DNA of 64,000 bases. Source: an uncultured Alphaproteobacteria bacterium. Its GTDB lineage: Bacteria; Pseudomonadota; Alphaproteobacteria; CAAGCB01; CAG-977. The notes below the pieces were generated by a model that did not search any database, had not been told where the DNA came from, and was given only the letters and a program-made list of their open reading frames with translations. The stretch spans positions 205,186-269,185 of the forward strand of contig CALDOX010000014.1 of NCBI GenBank assembly GCA_937912005.1, written 5' to 3'. Shown here piece after piece: positions 42,003 to 51,076 of the stretch. The stretch's first letter is position 1, and every line of letters starts with the position of its first letter. A program made the translations under genes and the position numbers.

Positions 42003-42857
42003 ATCATCGAAACCGTTTCAAATACCATCATCGAACGCTTGGAAAACTTTTCCGGCGAATGGGAAAAGCCGTTCATTTCCTCTTTTGCCCGGAACATCAC
42101 GACCAAAAAGGCTTATCGCGGCATCAACATTCTGATTTTGAACTTTGCCGCTTTGTTCAACGGTTTTTCCTCGTCCGTTTGGGGAACTTATCGCCAATGG
42201 CAGGATAAAGGCTATCAGGTCAAGAAAGGCTCAAAGGCGACGACCATCGTTTTCTGGAAGCCGCTTTCGTATAAATGCGAAGTCGAAAACACCGAAACAG
42301 GCGACATCGAAGAAGTCGAAAATCAGGCTTTTGTCGCCCGTGCTTATTCCGTGTTTAACGGTTCGCAAGTCGAGGGATTCGGCGAAGACATCGAAAAAAC
42401 CGAATTTAGCGTTGAAAAGGACGTGATGGCGTTCTTTGAAAACACGGACATCACATATTTTTACGGCGCGACTTTGGCAGGCTACGACCCGAAAAACAAT
42501 GTTGTCTTAATGCCGGAAAGAAAAGACTTCAAAACGGAAACCGGCTTCGTTTCGACTTTGGCGCACGAAACAATCCACGCGACCGGACACAAGAACCGCT
42601 TAAACCGGGATATGAAAGGCCGTTTCGGAAATGAATCCTACGCCTTTGAGGAACTGATCGCCGACATCGGCGCGGGATTTGTCGCCGGATATTTGGGTTA
42701 TGACTACCAATTCAGCAAAAACAACCTTGCCTACTTAAAGTCGTGGCTCAAGGTTTTGAAGAACGACAAAAAGGCGATTTTCAAAGCCTGCTCCGAAGCG
42801 CAAAAGGCTTTTGACTATCTGCTGACATTCCAGGAAATCGGACGGGAAGCGGCTTGA
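41985..42857 (+). CDS. ardC: ArdC-like antirestriction protein (N-terminal ssDNA-binding domain plus zincin-like metalloprotease)
   Basis: N-domain pattern WGTYRQWQDKGYQVKKGSKATTIVFWKP; HExxH motif HETIHATGH; AGGAG RBS; internal start at MTDKFD. Confidence 0.7.
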   Translation: MTDKFDIIETVSNTIIERLENFSGEWEKPFISSFARNITTKKAYRGINILILNFAALFNGFSSSVWGTYRQWQDKGYQVKKGSKATTIVFWKPLSYKCEVENTETGDIEEVENQAFVARAYSVFNGSQVEGFGEDIEKTEFSVEKDVMAFFENTDITYFYGATLAGYDPKNNVVLMPERKDFKTETGFVSTLAHETIHATGHKNRLNRDMKGRFGNESYAFEELIADIGAGFVAGYLGYDYQFSKNNLAYLKSWLKVLKNDKKAIFKACSEAQKAFDYLLTFQEIGREAA

Positions 42858-42887
42858 CCGCTTCCCTCAAAAAGAGGAGAAAGGACA

Positions 42888-43049
42888 ATGAAGATTGCAT
42901 TTTTCAGACTGACGGTTTACGGCGCGAACGGATACGAAAAAGAACATTTCGACTTTGACAGCAAGGCCGCCCAACTGTCGAAATTTTACGAACTGATCGC
43001 GCAGGGATACAAGCGCGACGATTTGGAAAAAACGACCTATTATTTCTAA
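42888..43049 (+). CDS. small hypothetical protein (53 aa) co-transcribed with ardC
   Basis: Strong RBS (aggagaaagg); followed by a perfect 9-bp stem hairpin at 43053-43079. Confidence 0.3.
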   Translation: MKIAFFRLTVYGANGYEKEHFDFDSKAAQLSKFYELIAQGYKRDDLEKTTYYF

Positions 43050-43310
43050 AAAATCGGGCGGAGGTTTCCGCCGCCCGATCCGTTCGCCCAACCACTCCAC
43101 AACACAGTTGCGCCCGAACGGATATATAAGAATATTTTAACAACAAACAAACTATTAAATAGAGATTTTTTCTATAACTATAAAGGGATTGTTTTTCGGG
43201 AAAATGTAACATCTAATTTTTTTAGCTTCTAAATGCGAATACGACTAAAAAAACGATTATTTTTAGAAATATAATATTATTTATTTAATATATATATGCT
43301 GTTTGAAAAA

Positions 43311-44078
43311 TTATAATACATATCTCGACACAGCACTGTTATATATAGAGCGCATTTCTGTAAAAACATTGTCGATAAACACTAGAACAGATACGTTTAT
43401 AAAAAAATTACTCTTATTTTTGTGCGATAAAACATCCAAAGATGGGAAATAAGGATGATGAACAACATTATGAGCTTTTTCGTTTCGTATTTTTATAACA
43501 TTTTCGTAAATTTTTTTTATATCAAGCTCATTCTTTTTTTTGCCAGCGTTTTCCATATATTTCCCATACCAAGAAGCCATATGTTTATTTTTTTCTTTTT
43601 TTTGTTTGAAAAAATCATACATATACATCGTCATAAACGTTCTTTTAAACTCTTTAAACGCTATATTGTTTACAGAAAGAAATTTTGCTTTTGAAAACAT
43701 CTTATATATATTAAAGCATGTTTTTATAAACTCTTCTTTTTTATTCCATATATCTTTCGTATCTTTCTCGTTCTTTATTTTTTCTATTACATCTTTTTGT
43801 ATTGAATATACATTATTGATTGCTTCTGACGAAGAAGATAACTTTTTTGATCCATGGATTATATTATATCGCACGTCTGGAAATTCTGTTCCGATCTCCC
43901 ATAATATGTTATCGATCTTTTGCTCCAATGTTCCAGTCATTTTTAATAAAAGAGATGTTAAAATATAATCATTTAAAGGGTATGTTGATATACTATAATT
44001 AGCATTATTTGACAACAATAAATATTCCGTCAAAAACACATCAATGCGTGTATCCATTATATTCTTTGAATGAATCAT
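43311..44078 (-). CDS. hypothetical protein with C-terminal R-x4-H motif (candidate HEPN / Abi_2-like RNase)
   Basis: IRNEKAHNVVHH near the C-terminus; start ATG overlaps the stop of the upstream DUF262 gene (ATGA); very AT-rich. Confidence 0.3.
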   Translation of the reverse strand: MIHSKNIMDTRIDVFLTEYLLLSNNANYSISTYPLNDYILTSLLLKMTGTLEQKIDNILWEIGTEFPDVRYNIIHGSKKLSSSSEAINNVYSIQKDVIEKIKNEKDTKDIWNKKEEFIKTCFNIYKMFSKAKFLSVNNIAFKEFKRTFMTMYMYDFFKQKKEKNKHMASWYGKYMENAGKKKNELDIKKIYENVIKIRNEKAHNVVHHPYFPSLDVLSHKNKSNFFINVSVLVFIDNVFTEMRSIYNSAVSRYVL

Positions 44079-45346
44079 CTTAAAAGCTTCCCATATATTT
44101 CTATTGAATCTCGAAGTCTCTCACGGATTGGACCTATTTTCCCAACAGATTTTGTGTCTTGAACAGAAGAACTTTTAGATGCAATTTTTTCTGATAATTT
44201 TTGAATACGATCATCGTCTAGATTAACATCTTTCTCTTTAAAGACAGACCAAAACAATAAGCCAAATATGTAGTAATCGGCTTCTGTTATTGTTTTAAAA
44301 TGAAGATCTCTTTTTATTTTTTTTAATAAACTACAAAACGGTGTCATACGTTTTATAAAATCATTTTTAAATTCACAAAAAAGATTCTTTCCTACATAAC
44401 GAGGATCCGCTTCATTAACAACATAACTAACATACGCTGATATGTATGCTTCAAAAGGTTTTAATTTTGAGCCATACCCCACAGCAACACGAAGCGTCAC
44501 AGGAACGGTATCTTTTATTAATTCAGATGCTTGGGCTGTAAACGCCAAGAAACGAGCAAAATCTATTTTTGAATTACCAATTTTTGCATCTGCTAATTCT
44601 GCAGGTTGGAAGAAATCTTTTCGTCCTGGATTTAGCCAATATAACGCCGCACGATTTTCCTCATTGGTTAAAGGAGTTCTTGATGATAGCGAGTTTATAC
44701 TTCTAAATATACGAGAAAAAAGAATCTTTTCATTGTCTGCTTTTCCTGAATTTTCTATTATGTATGAAAAACCGAGATAACAATTCTTTAAAAAAGAACT
44801 ATCAAAATCTATTTTTTTAAATTTTTCTATTAATTCGGCATCAACATCTGATGCCGTTAAGTCTGAAATCTTGATGTATTTTCCTGTTTCTAATAAATTT
44901 CGTTTTAGTTTTTCAATATTTTCTTCTTCTTCAAATTTTTGCTGTATTCGAGAGAAAGTCCACTCATAATAAGCGTTAACATCTTCCTCTTGTGTTGTAT
45001 CTTCTTCATTGTAATCTTCACTATACGCGAGATTTTCTATTTTTGGAGCAGGCTTAGGCCATATTCCCAAATAAGTTAACAAAATGGAACTTAATCTTTG
45101 TTGCCCATCCAATATATAATTAACCTTTTTCTCATTCTCTGTATTTGAGGATATTAAAACAGGAGGGACAAAGGACCCTTCTTTAATATCTATCATCAGT
45201 TGCAAAGCCATAGAAGGTTGCCAAACAAAATACCTTTGGTATGGTGGAATAACAATATCCTTATTAAGGATCATACTTATCCAATGCCAAAGAGAATACT
45301 CTCCATAATAAACTGTAAACTTATTCAAGATAAGAGCTCCTCCCAA
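44075..45346 (-). CDS. DUF262 (ParB/GmrS-like NTP-binding) domain protein lacking the DUF1524 HNH half
   Basis: Hallmarks VIPPYQRYFVW and ILDGQQRLSSIL; no H..N..N His-Me motif in the C-terminal half. Confidence 0.6.
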   Translation of the reverse strand: MGGALILNKFTVYYGEYSLWHWISMILNKDIVIPPYQRYFVWQPSMALQLMIDIKEGSFVPPVLISSNTENEKKVNYILDGQQRLSSILLTYLGIWPKPAPKIENLAYSEDYNEEDTTQEEDVNAYYEWTFSRIQQKFEEEENIEKLKRNLLETGKYIKISDLTASDVDAELIEKFKKIDFDSSFLKNCYLGFSYIIENSGKADNEKILFSRIFRSINSLSSRTPLTNEENRAALYWLNPGRKDFFQPAELADAKIGNSKIDFARFLAFTAQASELIKDTVPVTLRVAVGYGSKLKPFEAYISAYVSYVVNEADPRYVGKNLFCEFKNDFIKRMTPFCSLLKKIKRDLHFKTITEADYYIFGLLFWSVFKEKDVNLDDDRIQKLSEKIASKSSSVQDTKSVGKIGPIRERLRDSIEIYGKLLR

Positions 45347-45481
45347 TATACCTTATTATATCCTATTCGCTACATTTCATTTTTCAACAAAAATTTTTTC
45401 TCAAAAAAAATAGATTCTTAATGTATGCAACTTATTCGGGAATATTCTGCATATATGTCATTTTTTACCCTTCCCCTTACG

Positions 45482-45706
45482 TCTTGATTGTCAATTCCCT
45501 GCCGCCTGACGGAAAAAAACGGTTTCCCCGACTTTCGCTCCGGTGTCGCTGTAAGACGGGTGATACCCCTCCGTTTTTCTTGGAATGACAATCGCTTTCT
45601 TCTCTCCGACGAAGCACCTCGAAAGGGTTTCAGGCGCGATGCCAAAAACCCTTTAACAAGTGCTTTTTACAGAGAAGGAACTTTCAAAATGACTGATAAA
45701 TTCGAC
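45482..45706 (+). repeat. structured leader repeat copy 2 (same hairpins, RBS and first 6 codons)
   Basis: About 90% identical to 41776-42002. Confidence 0.7.
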
Positions 45707-46102
45707 CAAGCCTTAAACGAAATGGAAACGACGCTTAAACCGTTTATGCCGGCCAAGCAGGCTCAAACCCTCATCGAAAACTTGCACCGTTCCGAAGAAG
45801 CCGAAGCGTTCGCGGACATCATTCTGAATCTTGCCGAGCGTATTAAAGCGATGCCGCAAGTCTATGAAACGGACGGACAAGGCAAAAACGCTTTGGCTCA
45901 ACTGCACTATTTTGTCGGTTCTTATGATGCCTACATCGTCGAAAAAGACACCGCCGAAAAGCAAATTCAGGCGTTCGGTTGGGCAAGTTTCGGATACGGT
46001 TTCGAGGCCGGATACATCTCCGTTGACGAACTTTTAGAGCTTGCGGAATTGGATTTATTTTTCACGCCTTGCCCCGTCGGACAGGCTATCAGGGAGGATT
46101 GA
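45689..46102 (+). CDS. DUF2958-like protein (conjugative leading-region family)
   Basis: Pattern LHYFVGSYDAYIVE...FGWASFGYGFEAGYISVDEL...LDLFFTP. Confidence 0.55.
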   Translation: MTDKFDQALNEMETTLKPFMPAKQAQTLIENLHRSEEAEAFADIILNLAERIKAMPQVYETDGQGKNALAQLHYFVGSYDAYIVEKDTAEKQIQAFGWASFGYGFEAGYISVDELLELAELDLFFTPCPVGQAIRED

Positions 46103-46105
46103 ACA

Positions 46106-46378
46106 ATGCTGTATTGGGATTTAATCGAGGAGTTTTTACCCGACTTTGAAGAACGCGCTGACGTAAAGTTTGACACTTCCCTGTTTAACTTCATACACGG
46201 CGGGGACGTTCCGGAAGAGGACTTGCCCGCATTGAAGACTTTGGCAAAAAGCGGTTGTCTTTCGGAAGTGTTCTTTGCGATGGAAAAGCACTTGCTCAAC
46301 GAAGCGTTCGAGGCTTACTTTGAAACAAAAATCGTCCCTAAAATCTATTACAAACAGAAAGAATACGGCTCCGAATAG
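46106..46378 (+). CDS. hypothetical protein (90 aa)
   Basis: ORF immediately after the DUF2958 gene; acidic. Confidence 0.3.
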   Translation: MLYWDLIEEFLPDFEERADVKFDTSLFNFIHGGDVPEEDLPALKTLAKSGCLSEVFFAMEKHLLNEAFEAYFETKIVPKIYYKQKEYGSE

Positions 46379-46445
46379 AGCCGTATTCCCCGAAAAAAAA
46401 TCGGTCGCCGCACGCGCGGCGACACCGTTTGAATAGCCTACAACA

Positions 46446-46600
46446 AAGGGCGGTTGGGCGGGCGCGGTCAGATTTAGGGCTGATTTGAGGTGTTTTAAGG
46501 CTGATTCGCAAGGGATTGATTCTCTTGAGGGCTACTTTTTTGCAGGATAGCCTTTTCGTCCGACGAAAAGAGCGAAAAAAGCCCCGCCAACCCGCCCTTG
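46446..46600. other. candidate oriT: GC-rich inverted repeat pair flanking GGCTGATT-type direct repeats, upstream of mobC
   Basis: gggcggttgggcggg (46448-46462) versus cccgccaacccgccc (46582-46596); internal repeats agggctgatttgagg / aaggctgattcgcaaggg. Confidence 0.4.
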
Positions 46601-46644
46601 AAATCGCCCTCAAACAGCTGTAAAATTTCTTCCGTCACACACGC

Positions 46645-47016
46645 TTGAACGACTTTATTGCGAGGCTAAAAATGCCAATGTTGCGTAAATCGTTCAGAAT
46701 AGAAAAAGAAATTTGGGACGCGCTTGTCGCCGAAAAACAATGTCCGTCCCGCCTGATCCGGTTGTTCATTCTTGCGGGGATTCATCAGATGAAGATCCCG
46801 CACTATGACGAAATCCTCCTGCTGACAAAGCTCGAAGAACAAGCCCGAAAGGTCGGCGTCAACACCAATCAAGCTGTCCGCGCTTTGAACACGACGTTGA
46901 TAAAAAAGCAATCTCTTGAAGAAAAAACTTTACGGGATTTACAGCAGGCTTGCAGAGAACTTCACGCGCTCCGAGAAAAAATCAACAGACTTTTGGCGGC
47001 GTATTATGGCGAATAA
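46645..47016 (+). CDS. mobC: MobC-family relaxosome accessory protein
   Basis: vGvNtNQavRaLN motif (VGVNTNQAVRALN); stop overlaps the relaxase start. Confidence 0.6.
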   Translation: MNDFIARLKMPMLRKSFRIEKEIWDALVAEKQCPSRLIRLFILAGIHQMKIPHYDEILLLTKLEEQARKVGVNTNQAVRALNTTLIKKQSLEEKTLRDLQQACRELHALREKINRLLAAYYGE

Positions 47017-47737
47017 ACGGAACTGGTTAGACGAACATATCCGGGGTATATACGTCAAACAGCAACGCTTTCCGGTTCACTATTCCCCTCCGGCAAGACA
47101 GAGGGCGACACTTTCTTTCAAAGTGCCGCCGCCGGAAGCTATGGTTAAAGTCGCTTTCTATGTCAAATCACTGCAAGGGGCGAAGAACATCGCTCATTAT
47201 ATCGCTCACGGTTCGGAGGGAATGGAAAAAGACGCCCGTGTTTATGACGACGAACGGCGACTGATCCCGACCGAGAAACTGAACGAAACGATAGACGCTT
47301 ATGATCTGGAACAGCGGCGGAAGAACGGGAACGCGATGGTTCACCTGATCGTATCTTTTCCCAAAAGAATGAACGTCAGCGAGGACGAAGCATACCGGTT
47401 TATTGAGCGGTATATGGAACCTTTCGCGGAAAGAGGGTATCGGTATTTATACGCCGTTCACACACATCAATCGGCAACGCACGGACACATTTTGTTGAAA
47501 ATGTCGAACGGACGGGAGCGGCTGAAACTCAAAAAGCCGCAACTTCAAATGCTCCGGCAACATCAGGTCGAAGTCGCCAAAGAGTTCGGTTGGGAGATGC
47601 AGGCGACACGTTTTCAGGACAGAGATTTCTCTCTGACGCAGATGGTTATTCCGCGCAAGCACAAAACGATCCGGCAGCTTCGCGAACTTCACGAACGGAG
47701 AAGATCGGTGGAACAAACGGAGGAACGGGAAAGGTAA
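47006..47737 (+). CDS. MobA/VirD2-type relaxase (relaxase domain only, 243 aa)
   Basis: Histidine triad VHTHQSATHGHIL; N-terminal region AHYIAHGSEG; internal start MANKRNW coupled to mobC. Confidence 0.6.
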   Translation: MANKRNWLDEHIRGIYVKQQRFPVHYSPPARQRATLSFKVPPPEAMVKVAFYVKSLQGAKNIAHYIAHGSEGMEKDARVYDDERRLIPTEKLNETIDAYDLEQRRKNGNAMVHLIVSFPKRMNVSEDEAYRFIERYMEPFAERGYRYLYAVHTHQSATHGHILLKMSNGRERLKLKKPQLQMLRQHQVEVAKEFGWEMQATRFQDRDFSLTQMVIPRKHKTIRQLRELHERRRSVEQTEERER

Positions 47738-47805
47738 AAACGACTTGGCTTTTTGATAAAAATAATCACAATTTGTTGTATGTTAAAAAATGTATTTATT
47801 GGTCA

Positions 47806-47831
47806 AGCAGGGAATTATCCCTGCTTTTTTT
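47806..47831 (+). terminator. terminator/attenuator-like hairpin upstream of the tail-fibre gene
   Basis: agcaggg-aattat-ccctgc followed by a T7 run. Confidence 0.5.
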
Positions 47832-47844
47832 ATTTGAGGTAAAA

Positions 47845-49506
47845 ATGACGGTAAGTACAACAACAAACAAAGTTGTTTATATCGGGAACGGAATTGCAAC
47901 TACATTTGCAATCCCGTTTCCTTTTTTGGAAAGGGAGCATTTAAAGGTCAGACAACTTTTAAACAACGTGCAGACGGAAAGGACGGATTGGACGGTTTCG
48001 GGCGGGAATATGGTTTTTGCGACGGCTCCGGCGGATGATGCGCAAATCGTGATTATGCGCGAAGTGCCGTTGACGCAGGAAACTGACTATCGGGAAAACG
48101 AGGTTTTGCCGGCTGAAACGCTTGAACGCAATTTCGACAAGCTGACAATGCAGATTCAACAGCTGAAAGAGCAGGCGGAACGGGCGGTAACGGTGGACTT
48201 ATTTTCAGCTTCTGATCCATCTGTATTAGTAGATAAAATTGAAAAACTTTACCGTATCAAAGACGAGATAGTTGTTGCGGCTCAAAACATCTCATCGTTG
48301 ACGACAGTTTCGGACGATATTTCTTCTATTCATACCGCGGCTACTCACATATCTGCTATTACTGATGCGATAAATCAAGCAACACAAGCCTCCAGCAGTG
48401 CCAATAAAGCCCGAATCTGGGCAGAAGGAACGGATGAGGAAATCGTGTCTGTCAATGGAATCCATTCCGCAAAAAGATGGGCAGAAATTATGGATACGAC
48501 GGAATTTAACAAAACGTACACAGCAAGCCGTGTTTTGTCTGTTCCACAAAACATAAAAATTTCTCTGACGGCAGGAGTTGTAAAACTAACTGCAGGAAGT
48601 GTCGTTTATGATGGGAACGGTAACAATATGAGGCTTCAGCAAGACCTTTCTTTAAACGGTGGATTTCAAGGAAAAGGACTGCTGGTTGTTTCAAAGACGG
48701 GTCATTTGTGGGAAATGGATTTAACACATGTCTTTTCCCAAACAACAGAACCGGCGGCTCCGTATCTTTGGTATAATCCGAACACCAAGATAACAAGATT
48801 TAACGATAATTTGGGAACGGTCGGCGAAGTATATTTGCCATGCGCGCAAGTTGTCTATTTGGGCTCGTCTTATGTTCAGATAGATCGAGTATTCAACGGA
48901 ATCGGTTGTATTGCTTCAACCGTATTTGTTTTGCCTCATATCAAAGGACAGGCCTTACAATCAATCAGTTCGGACGGTACTTGTTCTAATACGATATGGG
49001 AAACAAGTGGTGTTCAGACAGTCGCAGTAAATAATACGCTTCATCTTGTTGTTGATGCGAACGGGATGCTGAATACGAAAAGCACTTTTAATGTTTTTTC
49101 CGATATTGGTTTCACAGACTTAGGAATAGTCGTTGTCAGCGGAGGATCGATTGTTTCGATGCCGAGCAGAAGTATAGATACAATCAATACATATCCAACC
49201 TCTGAACTGGCCAAAATGGGAATGCCCGGAAGCAAAAGGCTTATTGTAGTAACAGGTGCTTCTTTCGCAACCTACATCGCCCCAGCAAACAGATTTTTTA
49301 CAATTTCCGGAACAGTTGAGGTGAATAGTTTTGCCTTTGTGGATATTGAGAACCTCTCAACTTTTATCAAAGATTCCGATCATTCTTATACGTTAGGCTC
49401 AACTATATCCGCCTATATTCCGGCAAAAGCGGGAGAAAGCGTCCAAATCGCTTACGGACAAACTACACCAGTTGTTTCATTTATCTACGCAGAAGGAGAA
49501 GAATAA
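47845..49506 (+). CDS. phage tail-fibre protein with T7 gp17-type N-terminal (tail-attachment) domain
   Basis: N-terminus KVVYIGNGIATTFAIPFPFLEREHLKV...DYRE resembles T7 gp17 (VLTYQLDGSNRDFNIPFEYL...DYRF); Ala/Ser-rich shaft repeats; beta-rich C-terminus; GAGG RBS. Confidence 0.6.
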   Translation: MTVSTTTNKVVYIGNGIATTFAIPFPFLEREHLKVRQLLNNVQTERTDWTVSGGNMVFATAPADDAQIVIMREVPLTQETDYRENEVLPAETLERNFDKLTMQIQQLKEQAERAVTVDLFSASDPSVLVDKIEKLYRIKDEIVVAAQNISSLTTVSDDISSIHTAATHISAITDAINQATQASSSANKARIWAEGTDEEIVSVNGIHSAKRWAEIMDTTEFNKTYTASRVLSVPQNIKISLTAGVVKLTAGSVVYDGNGNNMRLQQDLSLNGGFQGKGLLVVSKTGHLWEMDLTHVFSQTTEPAAPYLWYNPNTKITRFNDNLGTVGEVYLPCAQVVYLGSSYVQIDRVFNGIGCIASTVFVLPHIKGQALQSISSDGTCSNTIWETSGVQTVAVNNTLHLVVDANGMLNTKSTFNVFSDIGFTDLGIVVVSGGSIVSMPSRSIDTINTYPTSELAKMGMPGSKRLIVVTGASFATYIAPANRFFTISGTVEVNSFAFVDIENLSTFIKDSDHSYTLGSTISAYIPAKAGESVQIAYGQTTPVVSFIYAEGEE

Positions 49507-49895
49507 TGTATAAAGGCCATCAGAACGGAAAATTAAAGTTCATTTGGAATGAAAAAGAAAAACAACCGTCTTTGATAAATTTGGAAAAAGTGGAAATAGA
49601 CAATGAACATACCATCAACGATTATGTTCAATACCACAAAGAGTTTATTCTAAAAACGGATTATCCTGTTCCTGTGGAAAACGAAAACATTCGTCAGAAA
49701 CGCCAAGAGCATTTTGTTTCAGAAACGGATCCTTTGAAGTTTGATATGGATGAACTCCGTGTTCGTTATGAGCAAGAAGCAGATGAACAAAAGAAAACAG
49801 AATTTTTAAAAAAGATAGGTCTGTTGCGGGAAGAATGGTTGATTAAAAAAGATCGAATTCGTGAGGAGTTTCCTTTTATAGAAAACAAACCTTAA
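49506..49895 (+). CDS. hypothetical protein (possible tail-fibre assembly/chaperone); overlaps the fibre stop (TAATG)
   Basis: Translational coupling to the fibre gene. Confidence 0.3.
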   Translation: MYKGHQNGKLKFIWNEKEKQPSLINLEKVEIDNEHTINDYVQYHKEFILKTDYPVPVENENIRQKRQEHFVSETDPLKFDMDELRVRYEQEADEQKKTEFLKKIGLLREEWLIKKDRIREEFPFIENKP

Positions 49896-49922
49896 CGATA
49901 ATAGAATCAACGGTTAAATATT

Positions 49923-49957
49923 TAGCCGACAGCACTGATAATTCGTGCTGTCGGCTA
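49923..49957. terminator. bidirectional terminator hairpin
   Basis: tagccgacagcac-tgataattc-gtgctgtcggcta followed by a T run. Confidence 0.6.
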
Positions 49958-50012
49958 TGATTTTTAATATATAAGGATTCAACGAAAAACTTTTTTATAA
50001 AATGGTTATCTT

Positions 50013-51047
50013 TTATTGATTTTTTCTAAATTTGGCTTTCATGATGATTTTATACATTTTTTTCTTTTTTGATATTCTCTTTTTCAGCTTCCCAAAAGAA
50101 ATCATTTTTAAAAATGAGTAAAAAATGTATTTTAAGAAGACTGCTTTTTTTTGCTTAATGAAATCATACTCTTTTGAATACGTTTTTTTTAATTCTTCAC
50201 AAAGAGGCTTATTACAGTCAATTTTTTGAATAAATGTCATCAATGTGAACAAAAACGTATCTTCTTCATCGCATAAAAAAAAACGTTGTTTTTCTTTCAG
50301 AAAACGAAGATAAGCCAGTCCGCATTTTTCAAACCATTCTTCGGTTTTCATCATGCCTGTCCAAATGCCACCTTTATTCCGGCGATAAACAGCCATCACA
50401 TCCGGCAGGAACGCTATTTTCCCTGTTTGTGCGTGCAGTAAATGCAGAAACCAGTCTGCCGGTAAAATCCCGCTCGGAATCGAATCCAAAGAATCTTGAT
50501 GAAAGCGCCATCTGTAAACAACAGAGTTTGTTTGAATGAAATTATGATCCAACAAATCTTTTAGTGATAATTCTGTTTTATATAAGCGATATTTATCTTC
50601 CGGAAAAATTTCATCCGGTAAAGAAGCGTCGTTATAATGAACTGTTACAGGATGAAAGCAAACAGAAAAATCAGGGTGAGCATCTAAAAAATCGACTTGT
50701 TTTTGCAATTTTAAAGGATCTGTCCAATAATCATCACCCTCACATAAAGCGACATATTGACCGCGAATCATCGGAAAAAGAATGTCTTTGCCGATTTCTT
50801 TCTTCCCCCATTGATTTTCTGTCTGATAGACACAGCGGAATAAGTGAGGATACTTGCCTTCATATTCTCGAATAATGTTCGCCGTTTTATCTGTCGAAGC
50901 GTCGTCGTTAATTAAAACTTCAAACGGGAAATTTGCCTTTTGCATCACGAAACCATTCAAACATTCGCGAATAAACGGTTCTTGATTGTATGCCAAACAA
51001 ACAATAGAGAGTTTTATATTATCGCCATTTGATTTTTTGTAAGTCAT
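50013..51047 (-). CDS. family 2 glycosyltransferase
   Basis: GT-A N-terminal domain (SIVCLAYNQEPFI, INDDASTD, DxD in CEGDDYW); AT-rich. Confidence 0.65.
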   Translation of the reverse strand: MTYKKSNGDNIKLSIVCLAYNQEPFIRECLNGFVMQKANFPFEVLINDDASTDKTANIIREYEGKYPHLFRCVYQTENQWGKKEIGKDILFPMIRGQYVALCEGDDYWTDPLKLQKQVDFLDAHPDFSVCFHPVTVHYNDASLPDEIFPEDKYRLYKTELSLKDLLDHNFIQTNSVVYRWRFHQDSLDSIPSGILPADWFLHLLHAQTGKIAFLPDVMAVYRRNKGGIWTGMMKTEEWFEKCGLAYLRFLKEKQRFFLCDEEDTFLFTLMTFIQKIDCNKPLCEELKKTYSKEYDFIKQKKAVFLKYIFYSFLKMISFGKLKKRISKKKKMYKIIMKAKFRKNQ

Positions 51048-51076
51048 AATTAAATTTTCCTAAATTCATACATTCT

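Noticed and set aside
41679-42857. Long upstream-extended ORFs (41679, 45488, 47590, 46916, 4083, 10728, 1203) with 5' extensions running through repeats or upstream genes
   Set aside because: The extensions lack RBSs and homology. Internal ATGs with good RBSs start exactly where family similarity begins (MTDKFD for both ArdC and DUF2958, MANKRNW for the relaxase, MTVSTT for the fibre), so the shorter gene models were used.
43053-43079. Perfect 9-bp stem hairpin after the small ORF downstream of ardC, considered as a rho-independent terminator
   Set aside because: It is not followed by a T tract. It may be a protein-binding palindrome or a weak terminator and is reported only as a note.
46338-46613. 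Minus-strand 91-aa ORF over the oriT-like region
   Set aside because: It overlaps the inverted and direct repeats, has an Arg-rich composition and no RBS. It is more likely a non-coding origin region.
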